61,603 nt of DNA. Origin: a virus (taxonomy: Duplodnaviria; Caudoviricetes). Shown here one piece after another: positions 17,958-28,349 of the stretch. The notes beneath the pieces are model-generated. The model was not told the origin of the DNA, searched no databases, and worked only from the letters and a program-made list of their open reading frames with translations. The position numbers and the translations under genes are program-made. The stretch lies in IMG/VR virus record IMGVR_UViG_3300034101_004648, positions 1-61,603 of that record. One strand, 5' to 3'. Numbering within the stretch: position 1 is the first letter of the stretch; each line of letters starts with the position of its first letter.

Positions 17958-18525
17958 GCGCCTCAAGTCCCGCCGAGATGGTGGTCACCATCGCCCGCGA
18001 GCACCCCGGCCAGCACCCGTACACACTGAGCCTGCTGCTGCAGGCCCGGTACGGCCGGGTTTTGGAGGGTCGCGAGGTGGCTCGGATATTGGCTGGGTTA
18101 ATCCCTGTTCAGACAGGCAGTTAATGGGTATGCTTATCCAGTCATCAACCAGCGAACCCATGGCGCCCTGTGCTCCACCACCGCCAAGGCCCGATCCCAG
18201 GCCCGCACCACGCCCACGCCTTGCGCCTGATCTCGCATTGGCGGCGGCCACGCTTCAGCGCTCCGCCCTCCCCTGGGGCCACCCCAGCGCCGTGGAGCTG
18301 CGCCGCCTGTTCCGGGAGGAGCAATGAAGGAGCCTCCCTTCGTAATACTGGCTGACCCTCCAAAATCTTACGGAAGGGTTATTACCGCAGCGTGGTTTGC
18401 TGCTGGTTTCACCGTAGGCTTACTTGCGGCGATTCTTTTAGCCCCGTTGCTTGTCCTGCCGTCGAGGCAGGCGCCTTGTTCGGTTCAGCGTATTCGCTGA
18501 ATGAATAACAATCTTTCGTGCTTTT

Positions 18526-19173
18526 GTGATGCTTGACCCCGAGACCCTGACCCGGTTGCGCCGAACCGCCGCTGACGGGAACGCCCATGACCTGCTGCTC
18601 CTGCACCTGCTGGAGCGGGTGGAGTCGCTGGAGGCACGGCCGATCCCCGGTGCAGTTGAGCTGGTTCCCCCCACCCCCGAGGCTGCCCCGAAGGCCACAC
18701 TGCGCAATGCGCTGCTCAGTGCGGAAGCCGCCGACCATTTTCCTGCTGCCACGGAAATGGTCCCCAGTGCTGACCCGCTGGTGGCGGAGGATGAACTGGT
18801 GCGCTGTTATGCGCAGGCGGTTGAGCAGGCTTTGCAAGCGGGATCCGGCATCAATGGCGCGGCAGCTGCTGGCCTTCGCGCTCTTCACGACCTCGGCCGC
18901 CAGCACGGCGCCGCCCAGGCACCAGGCGCGCTGCCCGCCCCTATGCAACGCCTCATCGATGCCCCGATGGACGCCAGGGGCTATGTGAACCTGCGGGAGC
19001 CCGCCCCGCCGGCCGCGCCTGCCGGGGGATTGGCAGAGAAAGTGCTGCGCGAGCTGCCAGCTGGCACTGACCTCTCTTGCGCCCGCGCCGTGATTCGCGT
19101 GGTGAAACTGTGGGCTGGTCAGCTGTGGCTGCAAAGAACAGAGCGCAAGCTGCGTGAGGAGGCCGACCAATGA
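18526..19173 (+). CDS. hypothetical protein
   Basis: Ala-rich mosaic ORF. Confidence 0.55.
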   Translation: MMLDPETLTRLRRTAADGNAHDLLLLHLLERVESLEARPIPGAVELVPPTPEAAPKATLRNALLSAEAADHFPAATEMVPSADPLVAEDELVRCYAQAVEQALQAGSGINGAAAAGLRALHDLGRQHGAAQAPGALPAPMQRLIDAPMDARGYVNLREPAPPAAPAGGLAEKVLRELPAGTDLSCARAVIRVVKLWAGQLWLQRTERKLREEADQ

Positions 19174-19367
19174 GCCACATCCCTGCCGACTGCGCCGCTA
19201 ATGGTGGCCCAACAATTAGTCGCGTTCGCGGTTGTATCAACGATGAAATGCTTGAATGTATTGTTTGCGGCAGCTCATGCCTTTGGAGCATGACTAATGA
19301 TTCATTTTTTGGATTCAAGGCGTCCTGCCCACACGCAGAGCAACTGGAGCAGGAGGCCGACCAATGA
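19170..19367 (+). CDS. small Cys-containing hypothetical protein
   Basis: ATGA-coupled; flanked by an 18-bp direct repeat. Confidence 0.55.
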   Translation: MSHIPADCAANGGPTISRVRGCINDEMLECIVCGSSCLWSMTNDSFFGFKASCPHAEQLEQEADQ

Positions 19368-19615
19368 GTGACTACAGAAAAGTCGAAACAAGCGCAGAAG
19401 TCTGGGCCGTGATTCGCGCTCGGCACCCTGAGCTTGTGCTATTTGGTACGGCATCATTTGAAGGTGACATTTTTACTAGTTTTGGGTTTAAAGGTGCTGA
19501 CTTTCCATTGATGGAGGCGCGTACAACCTGGGAACCTGACCCAGAAAGGCCTAGTCACCGCGTCAAAGAACAGCATCGCTGCTGGCTGTGCATTCCGATT
19601 AAGGAGGCAACATGA
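19364..19615 (+). CDS. hypothetical protein
   Basis: ATGA-coupled. Confidence 0.6.
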   Translation: MSDYRKVETSAEVWAVIRARHPELVLFGTASFEGDIFTSFGFKGADFPLMEARTTWEPDPERPSHRVKEQHRCWLCIPIKEAT

Positions 19616-20901
19616 CCACCAACCCCGAATACATCAACCAGCTGGCCGCGATCATCCGAGAGGTTGACGGCGCCCGGATGATCGCGTCAGCCGCTGAACT
19701 CGCCGAGGCGATCCTGAGCCACCCAGCCAGCCCGCTGCTGGCGCCCATGCTGCCCACCGCCCCACCAACCCTGCCGGCCAACTACATCGACCGCGAGCAC
19801 CAGGGGGAAGATCTGGAGCTGCTAAAGACTTTTTATCAGGCCTGCAGCGCCGAGGGCGGCACCGCCGATGAGATCCACCTTCGGGGTCTCCGGGCTGTGC
19901 TGGCTGCTCGCCCCACCGCCCTGGCCCAGCCGGAGGGGGAGGGGCCGAGCGCAGCAGACCTGCTGCCAGCCAATCCCCCAAACATCTTTACGACCATGGC
20001 GATGCAATACCGCAGCGCATGGCGCGAGGGAGTTGAAGACGGATGGAATGAAGCCCGCGCCGCCCTCGCCCGCTGGGGGCGCCCCGCCACTTCGCCAGCG
20101 CTGGAAGCGTCCAACTTCGACCCCCGCCTTATTGCCCTTGCAACCACGTCAGAGCAGATCCCGCCCGGCCCCTATTCAGAGCATGAGCTGCGGACCCAGT
20201 GGGATGCTCAGGCCGATGAACACAACCAGTGGGGATCCCTGGACTCGTCTGAGCAGTTGGCTTGGGCCCAAGCCCGCGCTATCGCCGCTGATCGCAATGG
20301 CCGCCCCGCCACTCCGCCCGCGCAGGGGCCCGCGCCCGACAAACCCGCCGAGTCCCTTGCTGCTCGCCGGCTGCTGGAGAAGCTGGCCCGACTGGATGAT
20401 TCGGTAGGAATAACCGTTGCCGAGGTGCGCCAGCTAGCCGATCACGCTGCCGCGTGGCTGCGCGAGACCCCGCCAGGCCAGCCGGTAGCGATTGAGTCCC
20501 GAGGCTGCCCGACGCCAGGAGCCTGCTCCTGTGTCGTCCCAGTCGCCCCGCCTGCGCCGGAGGTGGGGGAGGTGAAGGAGTTGGTGAGGCGACTGCGAGA
20601 TTGGTACTCCATTCCGCTCCTATCGGAGCGCGAACGCGCCGCCACCCTGCTCCAGCAGCTATCCGCGCACGCCTCGGCGGTGGTGCCGGTGGCGGTGAGC
20701 GAGCGGCTGCCGGACCCGCGCCCCGAGTCAGAGGGAGGGGATTGCGATGCAGAGGGGAGGTGTTGGGTCCTCATGCCACGGTCGGTCACACCATTCCCGA
20801 ATTGGATTTCGCTCTGGATGGGCAATCTGCGGCCTTATCACTCCCACTGGCTCCCCGCCAGCGCCATTCCTTTGCCCCGGGCCGGGGAGGTGCAATCGTG
20901 A
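19612..20901 (+). CDS. mosaic hypothetical protein with a DUF551-like C-terminus
   Basis: Short modules joined by Pro/Ala linkers; ends VAVSERLP...DAEGRCW...SHWLP. Confidence 0.65.
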   Translation: MTTNPEYINQLAAIIREVDGARMIASAAELAEAILSHPASPLLAPMLPTAPPTLPANYIDREHQGEDLELLKTFYQACSAEGGTADEIHLRGLRAVLAARPTALAQPEGEGPSAADLLPANPPNIFTTMAMQYRSAWREGVEDGWNEARAALARWGRPATSPALEASNFDPRLIALATTSEQIPPGPYSEHELRTQWDAQADEHNQWGSLDSSEQLAWAQARAIAADRNGRPATPPAQGPAPDKPAESLAARRLLEKLARLDDSVGITVAEVRQLADHAAAWLRETPPGQPVAIESRGCPTPGACSCVVPVAPPAPEVGEVKELVRRLRDWYSIPLLSERERAATLLQQLSAHASAVVPVAVSERLPDPRPESEGGDCDAEGRCWVLMPRSVTPFPNWISLWMGNLRPYHSHWLPASAIPLPRAGEVQS

Positions 20902-21022
20902 GCAACAAGCAGCTCTATCTATTGTGTGCCGTGATTCCTTTCACGGTCAGCAATTTATTCCAGCCTGCACTTTTATTCGGGCTTGCGTTGTTTTTTCTTA
21001 CCCTGTTTTTATTCACAGAGAC

Positions 21023-21232
21023 ATGAACAAACCACTTTCCCCCGCCGCCCTTGATATTGACGATACGGCTCACTCCCAGCCATCGTCTCCCCGCTTAGTC
21101 GCTGCCGCCGCCCTCCGCGCTGCCACAGACCACGGCGAGTACCTAGTTGACCCCGAGGACGGAAAGATCGCGGTCGTCCGGGTTTCGGATCTGGAAGCCT
21201 GGGCCACAGAGCTGGAGTCCCCTAATGCCTAA
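21023..21232 (+). CDS. hypothetical protein
   Basis: ATG start, coupled. Confidence 0.5.
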   Translation: MNKPLSPAALDIDDTAHSQPSSPRLVAAAALRAATDHGEYLVDPEDGKIAVVRVSDLEAWATELESPNA

Positions 21233-21710
21233 ACCCCCTCCCATCATTCCCGCAAACTCAGCCGCCCGTCAAAGCGCTGACGGATCCTGGCAGTATCAGC
21301 GGCTTCACGTGCCAGCCCCGCAAGGAGCCGCGCCATGGGCCGTTAGGCCGGCACCAGCCGCCATCACCTCTGCCGACCGCCTGGCCCTGGCCGTGTGCAG
21401 CGTCAAAGACCCAGGGACTGGTATGTGTGTCACTGGCTACATCTGCAATCGCTGCCGCCGCGACTCCGCCGCCGTTGCCCACGAACTGGCCGCCATTCTC
21501 AGGGAGTGCCACGGGGGCTCGTCCCAGGTGGCCGATTGGCTCGACGGGGTGGGGTGCCGCCCGCCAACCGTGTTGGTTGCTGCCGATGACGTGCCGCCTG
21601 TTGAGCAGGAAGTCACCGGCAACGGCAGTGGCGCATCGCTGCCGACATTCAGCAATCAGCCACGGGTATGGGAGCCACTGCCTGGGGCCGGGCAATCGGT
21701 GCATCCATGA
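21225..21710 (+). CDS. hypothetical protein with Cys motifs
   Basis: Coupled ORF. Confidence 0.5.
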   Translation: MPKPPPIIPANSAARQSADGSWQYQRLHVPAPQGAAPWAVRPAPAAITSADRLALAVCSVKDPGTGMCVTGYICNRCRRDSAAVAHELAAILRECHGGSSQVADWLDGVGCRPPTVLVAADDVPPVEQEVTGNGSGASLPTFSNQPRVWEPLPGAGQSVHP

Positions 21711-22183
21711 ACACCCCTCCAGCCGAATGCCCAAGATGCCACGGCCACAGCTTCCGAACGGCTGACACCCGACTGAATCAAGATGGCCGCCGCCGCCGCC
21801 GCCGGTATCGGTGCCACGGCTGTGAGCATCGGTGGACTGTCTGGGAGGGCGAGCGCAACCAGTCGCCACCCAAGAAGAAGCAGCGCCGCCCGCTGAGCCC
21901 CGAGGAGGTGCGCCTGATCCTGCTGTCGCCGTTGAGCAGCTGCAGCCTGGCCAAGCAGCTGGGCTGCTCCCATGAGGCGGTGTGCTCGGTTCGCCGCGGC
22001 GACACGCACGCCGGGCTGTGGCCGGAGATCCCGCGGCAGCGTGCCAGGACTGGCCCCTCATGCTTTGACTGCAGCCGCTGGCGTGGGGGAGCAAGCCCTT
22101 GCAAGGACGAGGTGCCGGAGGCGAAAGCCAGTAACCCAGGCTTTGCAGCCGAATGTGAACTGTATGACCCGCGTGCGGGATGA
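21707..22183 (+). CDS. NrdR-like zinc ribbon + HTH + Cys-cluster protein
   Basis: CPRC...DTR...RRRRYRC..C.HRWT, then LAKQLGCSHEAVCSVRRG. Confidence 0.6.
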   Translation: MNTPPAECPRCHGHSFRTADTRLNQDGRRRRRRYRCHGCEHRWTVWEGERNQSPPKKKQRRPLSPEEVRLILLSPLSSCSLAKQLGCSHEAVCSVRRGDTHAGLWPEIPRQRARTGPSCFDCSRWRGGASPCKDEVPEAKASNPGFAAECELYDPRAG

Positions 22184-22234
22184 GCTAATCCCTGTCAAGA
22201 TAGCCACAGAACAACCACCCTTTGCCTTGGTCTC

Positions 22235-22453
22235 ATGCCGCAGCAATCTCCGCCGCCCCGCATCCCTATCGCGGTGATCCTGTTCCCTCGAATCAAGCCT
22301 GAGGGCGAGTCAGCACGATCTGGCGTGGCGAAGACGCCCCACAGCCCGGAGCCCCCTGCCGGGTTCAATCCCTGGCTCACGCCACGCCAGGCCCTCGCCC
22401 GTGCCCGAGCCATCATCAACCGCCGCAAGCCCGCACGCTTTCGCCGCCCATGA
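22235..22453 (+). CDS. hypothetical protein
   Basis: ATGA-coupled to dcd. Confidence 0.4.
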   Translation: MPQQSPPPRIPIAVILFPRIKPEGESARSGVAKTPHSPEPPAGFNPWLTPRQALARARAIINRRKPARFRRP

Positions 22454-23136
22454 CTACCACACCCGAGCAGCAAGAAGCCTTTTTCCCTGGCATCGGCACA
22501 ATCCGTAATCCTCACCCGGCCGGCCCTATCCCTGATTGGCGCATCCGCCAGCTTGCGGAGAAGGGCATGATCAGCCCGTTTGAACCGGGCAAAGTGCGGC
22601 GCGTAGAAAACCCACTGCCAGGTCATGCCCCTTATGGCCACTTCCAGCGCCCAGTAATCAGCTACGGCACCAGCTCCTACGGCTACGACCTCACGCTTTC
22701 GCCTAAGGACTTCCGCATCTTCCGGCATGTCCCTGGCCTGATCGTTGACCCCAAGAACTTTGATGACCGCTGCCTGGCTCACGCAGAGTTGCACCATGAT
22801 GAACGGGATGGTGACTACTTCATCCTCCCCGGCCACACCTACGGCCTTGGGGCAGTAATCCCTTACCTCAAGCTCCCATCCAACGTCACCGCCCAGTTCA
22901 TCGGCAAGAGCACCTATGCCCGCTGCGGCATCATCGTGAACCTCACCCCAGGCGAAGCCGGCTGGGAGGGCCACCTCACCCTGGAGATCAGCAACAGCAG
23001 CGGCTCCGACTGCCGCATCTACGCGAATGAAGGCATCTGTCAGGCCCTGTTTTATGAGGGTATGCCCTGCGACCAGCCCTATGGGGATGGAAAGTATCAG
23101 GGCCAGCCTGCAGGGGTGACGTTGGCTAGAGTTTGA
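22450..23136 (+). CDS. dcd: dCTP deaminase
   Basis: ISYGTSSYGYD, GKSTYARCG, EAGWEGHLTLE, GKYQGQ. Confidence 0.93.
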   Translation: MTTTPEQQEAFFPGIGTIRNPHPAGPIPDWRIRQLAEKGMISPFEPGKVRRVENPLPGHAPYGHFQRPVISYGTSSYGYDLTLSPKDFRIFRHVPGLIVDPKNFDDRCLAHAELHHDERDGDYFILPGHTYGLGAVIPYLKLPSNVTAQFIGKSTYARCGIIVNLTPGEAGWEGHLTLEISNSSGSDCRIYANEGICQALFYEGMPCDQPYGDGKYQGQPAGVTLARV

Positions 23137-23171
23137 TTGACTTGATTATTGCTTTCACCACCAGAGAAACC

Positions 23172-23423
23172 GTGACCAAATTCCTGATCGCCGCAGCTCT
23201 AGCTCTGGCCTTGACCGGCTGCACCGCTCCAGATCAAGCATTGCGATCGTTGAAGAAGGCTGGCTTTATAGACATTGAGATAAGGGGCCATAATTGGCTT
23301 AGGTGCCGAGCCGCATTCTTTGCTACTGACTTTAGGGCAACAGCTGCGACCGGTAAAGTAGTTACAGGCACAGTCTGTAATTCATCCCTTCGCAAAAACT
23401 ACGCTGAAATCCGTTTTGATTGA
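23172..23423 (+). CDS. small lipoprotein
   Basis: Signal peptide with lipobox LTGC. Confidence 0.6.
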   Translation: MTKFLIAAALALALTGCTAPDQALRSLKKAGFIDIEIRGHNWLRCRAAFFATDFRATAATGKVVTGTVCNSSLRKNYAEIRFD

Positions 23424-23456
23424 TTGCTTTACATTTTACCGCCGCTACCACAGACC

Positions 23457-23834
23457 ATGCCTGAACCCGACTTTCGCGCCGCCCTGCAGCAGCTAGCCGA
23501 TGCTGTTGACGGGTGGGAGATGGAGCCCGCAGCGGATGACCCGCTGGCCGTCGCCATGGATCACGCCCACAAGCTGCTGCGGGCTGCCGATGAAAGCGAG
23601 CGGCTGTCATCCGGGAGGCTGGTCAGCGAACGGCTAGACGAGCTTCTCACTGAGGTTGAGCAAAGGGATCTTGAGCCTGCTGAAGTCATCCTAGGTAGCC
23701 GTGCCTTTCAGCTTTATTGCAAAGAGAGGCACGTATACGCCCCAGGTGGAAGATTGCACGGTGGCTACCACGGCCTTTCGGTAACCAAAAGCGACTCAGA
23801 AGCTGCTGAGTATGTTGCTATTGAATGCGGGTGA
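23457..23834 (+). CDS. hypothetical protein
   Basis: ORF from MPEPDF. Confidence 0.55.
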   Translation: MPEPDFRAALQQLADAVDGWEMEPAADDPLAVAMDHAHKLLRAADESERLSSGRLVSERLDELLTEVEQRDLEPAEVILGSRAFQLYCKERHVYAPGGRLHGGYHGLSVTKSDSEAAEYVAIECG

Positions 23835-23870
23835 TGACACCGCCCCCAACCCCCTTCACCACCACGGGCG

Positions 23871-24254
23871 ATGCTGACCTACGCCTCTGAAATCTGGACG
23901 CAGTACCCCAACGGCGCCACCGTCTACGACCGCACCGGGCGCAGGATTGGCAATGTGTTCGCGTGCAACCCGGAGACTGGGGAGGTGATCAGGAGGGTCC
24001 CCTGGGGGGAGGGTAGGGCCCATCCGATCGTTGCATTGTTTCGGCTGCTTGGCACCCTGCATCTTCTCAATCCCAGCCTGTCATTGATCCGCCGCCACGG
24101 CTTCTGGCTCGCGCCGCTGAGGGTTGAGCGCAAGCAGTGGCTCCACATCGGGTTTGGTCAGTGGGGTCGGGATCGTCCGCCCCTCCCAGTGCTTGACGAC
24201 CGCACCCCGGAGGAAATCTGCGGCTACGGGGATGACGGGCTTTGTAGTCACTGA
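23871..24254 (+). CDS. hypothetical protein
   Basis: ORF directly upstream of TerL. Confidence 0.5.
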   Translation: MLTYASEIWTQYPNGATVYDRTGRRIGNVFACNPETGEVIRRVPWGEGRAHPIVALFRLLGTLHLLNPSLSLIRRHGFWLAPLRVERKQWLHIGFGQWGRDRPPLPVLDDRTPEEICGYGDDGLCSH

Positions 24255-24266
24255 ACCCCGCCCCTG

Positions 24267-25814
24267 ATGCCCCTAAACCTCCTCCACCACGCCGCCTACC
24301 ACGACTGGGGCGGCTTCCCTGCGATGCGGGAGATGCAGGAGGCCAGGGCCGCAGAGGCGGCAATTCCGGCGGCGGCGGAGCCCTACACCAAGAGCTTCCG
24401 CGAGTACATCGCCGACAGCTTCCCGCGCTTCCCGTTTACGCCTCACACAGAACGGCTGATCGCCATGGCGCAGCGCTTCGCCGATGGCGACCTGCCGCGG
24501 CTGATGGTGGAGCTCCCCCCGAGGCACTGGAAGAGCACGATCTTCAGTCGGTTCCTGCCCGGCTACTGCCTGCGGCGGTTCCCCGATCGCTCAGGAGGCA
24601 TCTGCTGCCAGACCCAGGATCTGGCGGTGGGGTTCTCCGAGAATGCCCGCGACTACTTCGCCGCCAGCGGTGGCCCGTTGAGTCCCACCCGCTCGGGGAA
24701 GGAGGAATGGGGCACTTCCGATGGGATCGGAACGATCTGGACTGCAGGCATCGGCAAGGGCACCGGCAAGCCAGGGCACTGGCTGTTCATCGATGACCCG
24801 ATCAAGGGCAGGGAAGAGGCCGAATCGGCGGCCTTCCGCCGGCAGGTTCACAACTGGTGGGATTCGGTGCTGAGCGCCCGTGAGGAGCCCGGCAACGGCG
24901 TGGTGGTGGTTCACACCCGCTGGCATGAGGCCGATCTGATCGGCTACCTGCTGACCAAGAACGAAGAACTGGAGAAGGAGGGCCTCGAAGACGACTGCGA
25001 GCGCTGGCACGTGGTCTCCCTCCCGATCGCGGCTGTGCCCGCCAACGACATCAAGCCCCTACCGGCCACCGTCACCCGCGAGGCCGACAACCGCCAGCCC
25101 GGCGAGGCCCTGGACCCCGATCGTTTTGATGAGCGATGGATCAAGCGGAAGAGGGCCAACACGCCAGATCGGGATTGGGAGTCGATCTATCAGCAGCGGC
25201 CGAGCGCCGGGAAGGGGACCGTTTTCTTCCTGGATCGGATGCGGTTCTACGGCTGCCCGGCCTGGCCCGGTAAGCCCGACGACCCCGAGCTGCCGACGCA
25301 CTTCATCCGCCGGATCCTGTCGGTTGATTGCACCTTTGACGACACCGCCGGCAGCGACATGGTGGCGATGACCCTGTGGGGGCAGACAATCCAGGGCACC
25401 TGGTTGTTGGATCTGGTGAATGAGCGCTTGGACTTTCCCGCTACGGTGAGCATGATCCGCTCAATGCACACCCGGCACCGCTTCGGGGAGCTGGTGATTG
25501 AGAAAAAAGCCAACGGTGCTGCAGTGATCAAAACCCTCACGCAGGGCGCCCATGGCTATCAGGTGGTGGCCGCCGGGGTCGGTGACATGGGCGGCAAGGA
25601 ATCCCGCGCCAATGCTGCCAGCGTGGAGTTTAACAACGGCCGGGTGTTCCTGCCTCGCTCCGCCCCCTGGAGCAATGTGGTCAAAGATCAGTTATTGCAA
25701 TTCCCCGCAGCAACGTTCGATGACATTGTGGACAGCACAAGTCAGCTCTTGATCTATCTCTCCAGCTCTGGTCCCATCAGTTTCTCTACAGTGAGCTATG
25801 GCTATGGCGCCTAA
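24267..25814 (+). CDS. terL: terminase large subunit
   Basis: Walker A LPPRHWKST, Walker B LFIDDP, HTRWHEADL, YQQRP; nuclease SVD...IEKKANG...DDIVD. Confidence 0.93.
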   Translation: MPLNLLHHAAYHDWGGFPAMREMQEARAAEAAIPAAAEPYTKSFREYIADSFPRFPFTPHTERLIAMAQRFADGDLPRLMVELPPRHWKSTIFSRFLPGYCLRRFPDRSGGICCQTQDLAVGFSENARDYFAASGGPLSPTRSGKEEWGTSDGIGTIWTAGIGKGTGKPGHWLFIDDPIKGREEAESAAFRRQVHNWWDSVLSAREEPGNGVVVVHTRWHEADLIGYLLTKNEELEKEGLEDDCERWHVVSLPIAAVPANDIKPLPATVTREADNRQPGEALDPDRFDERWIKRKRANTPDRDWESIYQQRPSAGKGTVFFLDRMRFYGCPAWPGKPDDPELPTHFIRRILSVDCTFDDTAGSDMVAMTLWGQTIQGTWLLDLVNERLDFPATVSMIRSMHTRHRFGELVIEKKANGAAVIKTLTQGAHGYQVVAAGVGDMGGKESRANAASVEFNNGRVFLPRSAPWSNVVKDQLLQFPAATFDDIVDSTSQLLIYLSSSGPISFSTVSYGYGA

Positions 25815-25870
25815 GCATTCACTGATGCAATAATGGGACAACAAACAGGCCCAAATCCGGTGCGTTGAGC

Positions 25871-26842
25871 ATGGCCACCACCACCCGGCGCCTCAGGGCC
25901 GCCCGCAGCCAGAAGGTCAGGCCTGACCCGTGTCCTGATCTGGACCGCCTCAACGGGTTCCCGCCGCCAACGGCATGGTCGGAGCAACTGGCGGCCGACA
26001 ACCTCATGCTTGCCACGGCAATGGCCAACCGGATGGCCCGGTCCACCCGGATGCCGTTTGACGACCTCTTCCTGGTGGCCGCCAGAGGCCTGCTGAACGG
26101 CTGCCGCCGGTACGACCCCGAACGCCTCAACCCGGCCACCGGCCGCCCCTATGCCCTGAGCACGTGCGTGGTGCCCTTCATCCGCGGGGCCATGGCCCAG
26201 TGGCTGCGGGACCGGGGCCACAGCTCCGGGGTGAAGTTCCCCGATAAGTGGAGGGACGTGGCACCCACGGTGCGGCGCCTCGCCGCTGATGGGGCCACCC
26301 TTTCGGCCGTGGTGGAGGCCACCGGGCTCGCGCCTGAGGAGGTGACGGCGATCCTTGAGGCACAGGGGGCCACACGGCTCCTTGACCCTGAGGCCCTCCA
26401 CGCCAACCGTGAGCCTGTCCCGTGGGACGAGATCGAGAGCTACGACGAGCTCAACGAGGTGCTGCGGATCGCAGACGAGGCCCATGCCGCTCTGCGGTGG
26501 GCGGATCGGCAGATGCTGGAAACGGCCTGGGATGCCCAGCCCCGGCGCCAGGTGGCACGGATGCCCCACGGGCAGTTCCTGAGGCACGCCGAGGGCATCA
26601 TCTGGGGCGAGCGAATGAAGCCGGCGCCAGAGCAGCAGGCCCTGGCCCTGGTTGTGCCTGACGGGGCTGGAGGCCCCGCGGGCAGGGCGGGGAGGCGCAT
26701 CACGGATCCGGTTGAGATCCTGCAGGTGGCGGAGCAATTGGATCTGTTTGGTGCCTGTCACGACCCCCACGCAAGCGGGAAAACTGGGCCAGAAGGACTA
26801 GGCACCGGTGCAGCAGCAGCAGATCAGCCACCCAAGCAATAA
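25871..26842 (+). CDS. phage sigma-70 family factor, SigF/SigB-like (group 3)
   Basis: Region 2: NLMLA...DDLFLVAARGLLNGCRRYDP...LSTCVVPFIRGAMAQWLRD. Confidence 0.75.
   Translation: MATTTRRLRAARSQKVRPDPCPDLDRLNGFPPPTAWSEQLAADNLMLATAMANRMARSTRMPFDDLFLVAARGLLNGCRRYDPERLNPATGRPYALSTCVVPFIRGAMAQWLRDRGHSSGVKFPDKWRDVAPTVRRLAADGATLSAVVEATGLAPEEVTAILEAQGATRLLDPEALHANREPVPWDEIESYDELNEVLRIADEAHAALRWADRQMLETAWDAQPRRQVARMPHGQFLRHAEGIIWGERMKPAPEQQALALVVPDGAGGPAGRAGRRITDPVEILQVAEQLDLFGACHDPHASGKTGPEGLGTGAAAADQPPKQ
26776..26785 (+). promoter_or_regulatory. late motif CGGGAAAACT
   Basis: 32 nt before the portal start. Confidence 0.7.
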
Positions 26843-28349
26843 GGGCGATCTGCCGTCGTTCCAGCACCCGAAGTTACGGGAGGTGATGCGCGACCTCGAT
26901 CTGGTCGCTGACTGCTGGGATCTGCTGCGAGGTGATGCAAAGAAGCGCCACCTGCCAAAGGAGGCCGGTGAACCCCGGCAGGCCTATGAGGCGCGGGTGG
27001 GGCGCAGCAGCTATCCGAGCTTTTTCAAGGATGGCGTGAGCGCCTTCGCGGGGGTGCTGAGCCGTTACCAACTGCGAGGGGTGCAGCAGGGCCTCCTCGA
27101 CGCGGCCCAGGACATCGATGGCGAGGGCAACAGCCTGAAGGCTTGGGGCCTCGGCACCGATGCCCTGGTGCTCCGGGATGGCGGCTGCCTGCTGATGGCC
27201 GACGCGCCGCAGGGGACACCTGGGAGCAGGGCGGACGAGCGGGCCCAAGGCCGCCGGCCCACGTTCTCAGCCGCCGAGCGCCGGAACGTTTTGAATTGGC
27301 GGACCGTCAAGCGGGGCGGACGGCGGGTGCCGATCGCAGTCACGATCCTGGAGTGGCACGAGGTAGAAGACGGGGATTACGGCGTCAAGCTGGAGCCCCG
27401 ATACCGGGTGATGAAGGGCGGCAGCTGGCGCCTCCTGGAGATCACCGGCAACGGCGGCAAGGGGGTCACGGCTCAATACAACATCCAGGCGGCCGTCGAT
27501 GCCGACGGGCGCCCGCAGGAGGGCACCTTCACCGGGCCCAGGGGCGAGGTGCTGGAGAGCCCGCCGGTGGTCTGGTATGGCGTCAGTCGCGACGGCTTCG
27601 GGGAGGGCGGCCTGCCGCTGCTGAGCCTGGCGAACCTCACCCTGGACTGGTTCCGCGAATACTCCGACCTGAAGGAGCTGCTGCACCGGTGCGCTCTGCC
27701 GGTGGCCGTGGTGAAGGGGCGCCGGATGGCTGGGCCCAATGGCGAGCCCCTGCCGCTGATGCTGGGGCCGAACAGCGTGGTGGAGTTCCCGAACGCCGGA
27801 TCCGGGGAGGGCCTGGAGTTTGCCGAACCCTCAGGCAACAGCCTCGACAAACACCTGGCGCACCTGGAGGGGATCGAGAAGCTGATTGATCGCAGCACCT
27901 TGTCGTTCCTGTTCAGCGGCAGTGGTGAGCGCACCGCCACCCAGGCCGAGCTGGAGGGAGCCCAACTGCAGGCCACTATCACCGCGATGGCCGAGAGCAA
28001 GAGCAGCGCCTGGGAGAGCCTCTTCCAGCTCTGGGGGGCCTTCACCGGCGAGCTGCCCCAGCCCGGCGCGGGCCTTGACCTGCTGCCAGGGGTCACCGAC
28101 AAGCCCGTGGACGATGCCTTGTTGACCTTGGCCGGCACGCTCTACGACAAGGGCCTTCTTATGCGCGAGACGGTCACGCACCTGGCGCAGAAGCGGGGCA
28201 TGTTGCGCCCTGGTGCCGATGGCCAGAAGGAGGCCGCCGATCTGGCTGCCGAGGATGAACGGCAGCGGGCACTGATGAACCCGCCGGTGCCGGGGGCGGA
28301 CGAGCTTGCAGGGGACGACGTGGACGCGCAGGGGTTGCCGCTGAGCTGA
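26808..28349 (+). CDS. portal protein (DUF4055-like)
   Basis: HLPKEAGEPRQAYEAR, DIDGEGNSL, PLLSLANL, ERTATQ; 513 aa; lies between TerL and MuF. Confidence 0.85.
   Translation: MQQQQISHPSNKGDLPSFQHPKLREVMRDLDLVADCWDLLRGDAKKRHLPKEAGEPRQAYEARVGRSSYPSFFKDGVSAFAGVLSRYQLRGVQQGLLDAAQDIDGEGNSLKAWGLGTDALVLRDGGCLLMADAPQGTPGSRADERAQGRRPTFSAAERRNVLNWRTVKRGGRRVPIAVTILEWHEVEDGDYGVKLEPRYRVMKGGSWRLLEITGNGGKGVTAQYNIQAAVDADGRPQEGTFTGPRGEVLESPPVVWYGVSRDGFGEGGLPLLSLANLTLDWFREYSDLKELLHRCALPVAVVKGRRMAGPNGEPLPLMLGPNSVVEFPNAGSGEGLEFAEPSGNSLDKHLAHLEGIEKLIDRSTLSFLFSGSGERTATQAELEGAQLQATITAMAESKSSAWESLFQLWGAFTGELPQPGAGLDLLPGVTDKPVDDALLTLAGTLYDKGLLMRETVTHLAQKRGMLRPGADGQKEAADLAAEDERQRALMNPPVPGADELAGDDVDAQGLPLS

Noticed and set aside
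22450-23136. dCTP deaminase as evidence of a modified-base genome
   Set aside because: No accompanying modification enzymes or replicative polymerase; an ordinary nucleotide-supply gene
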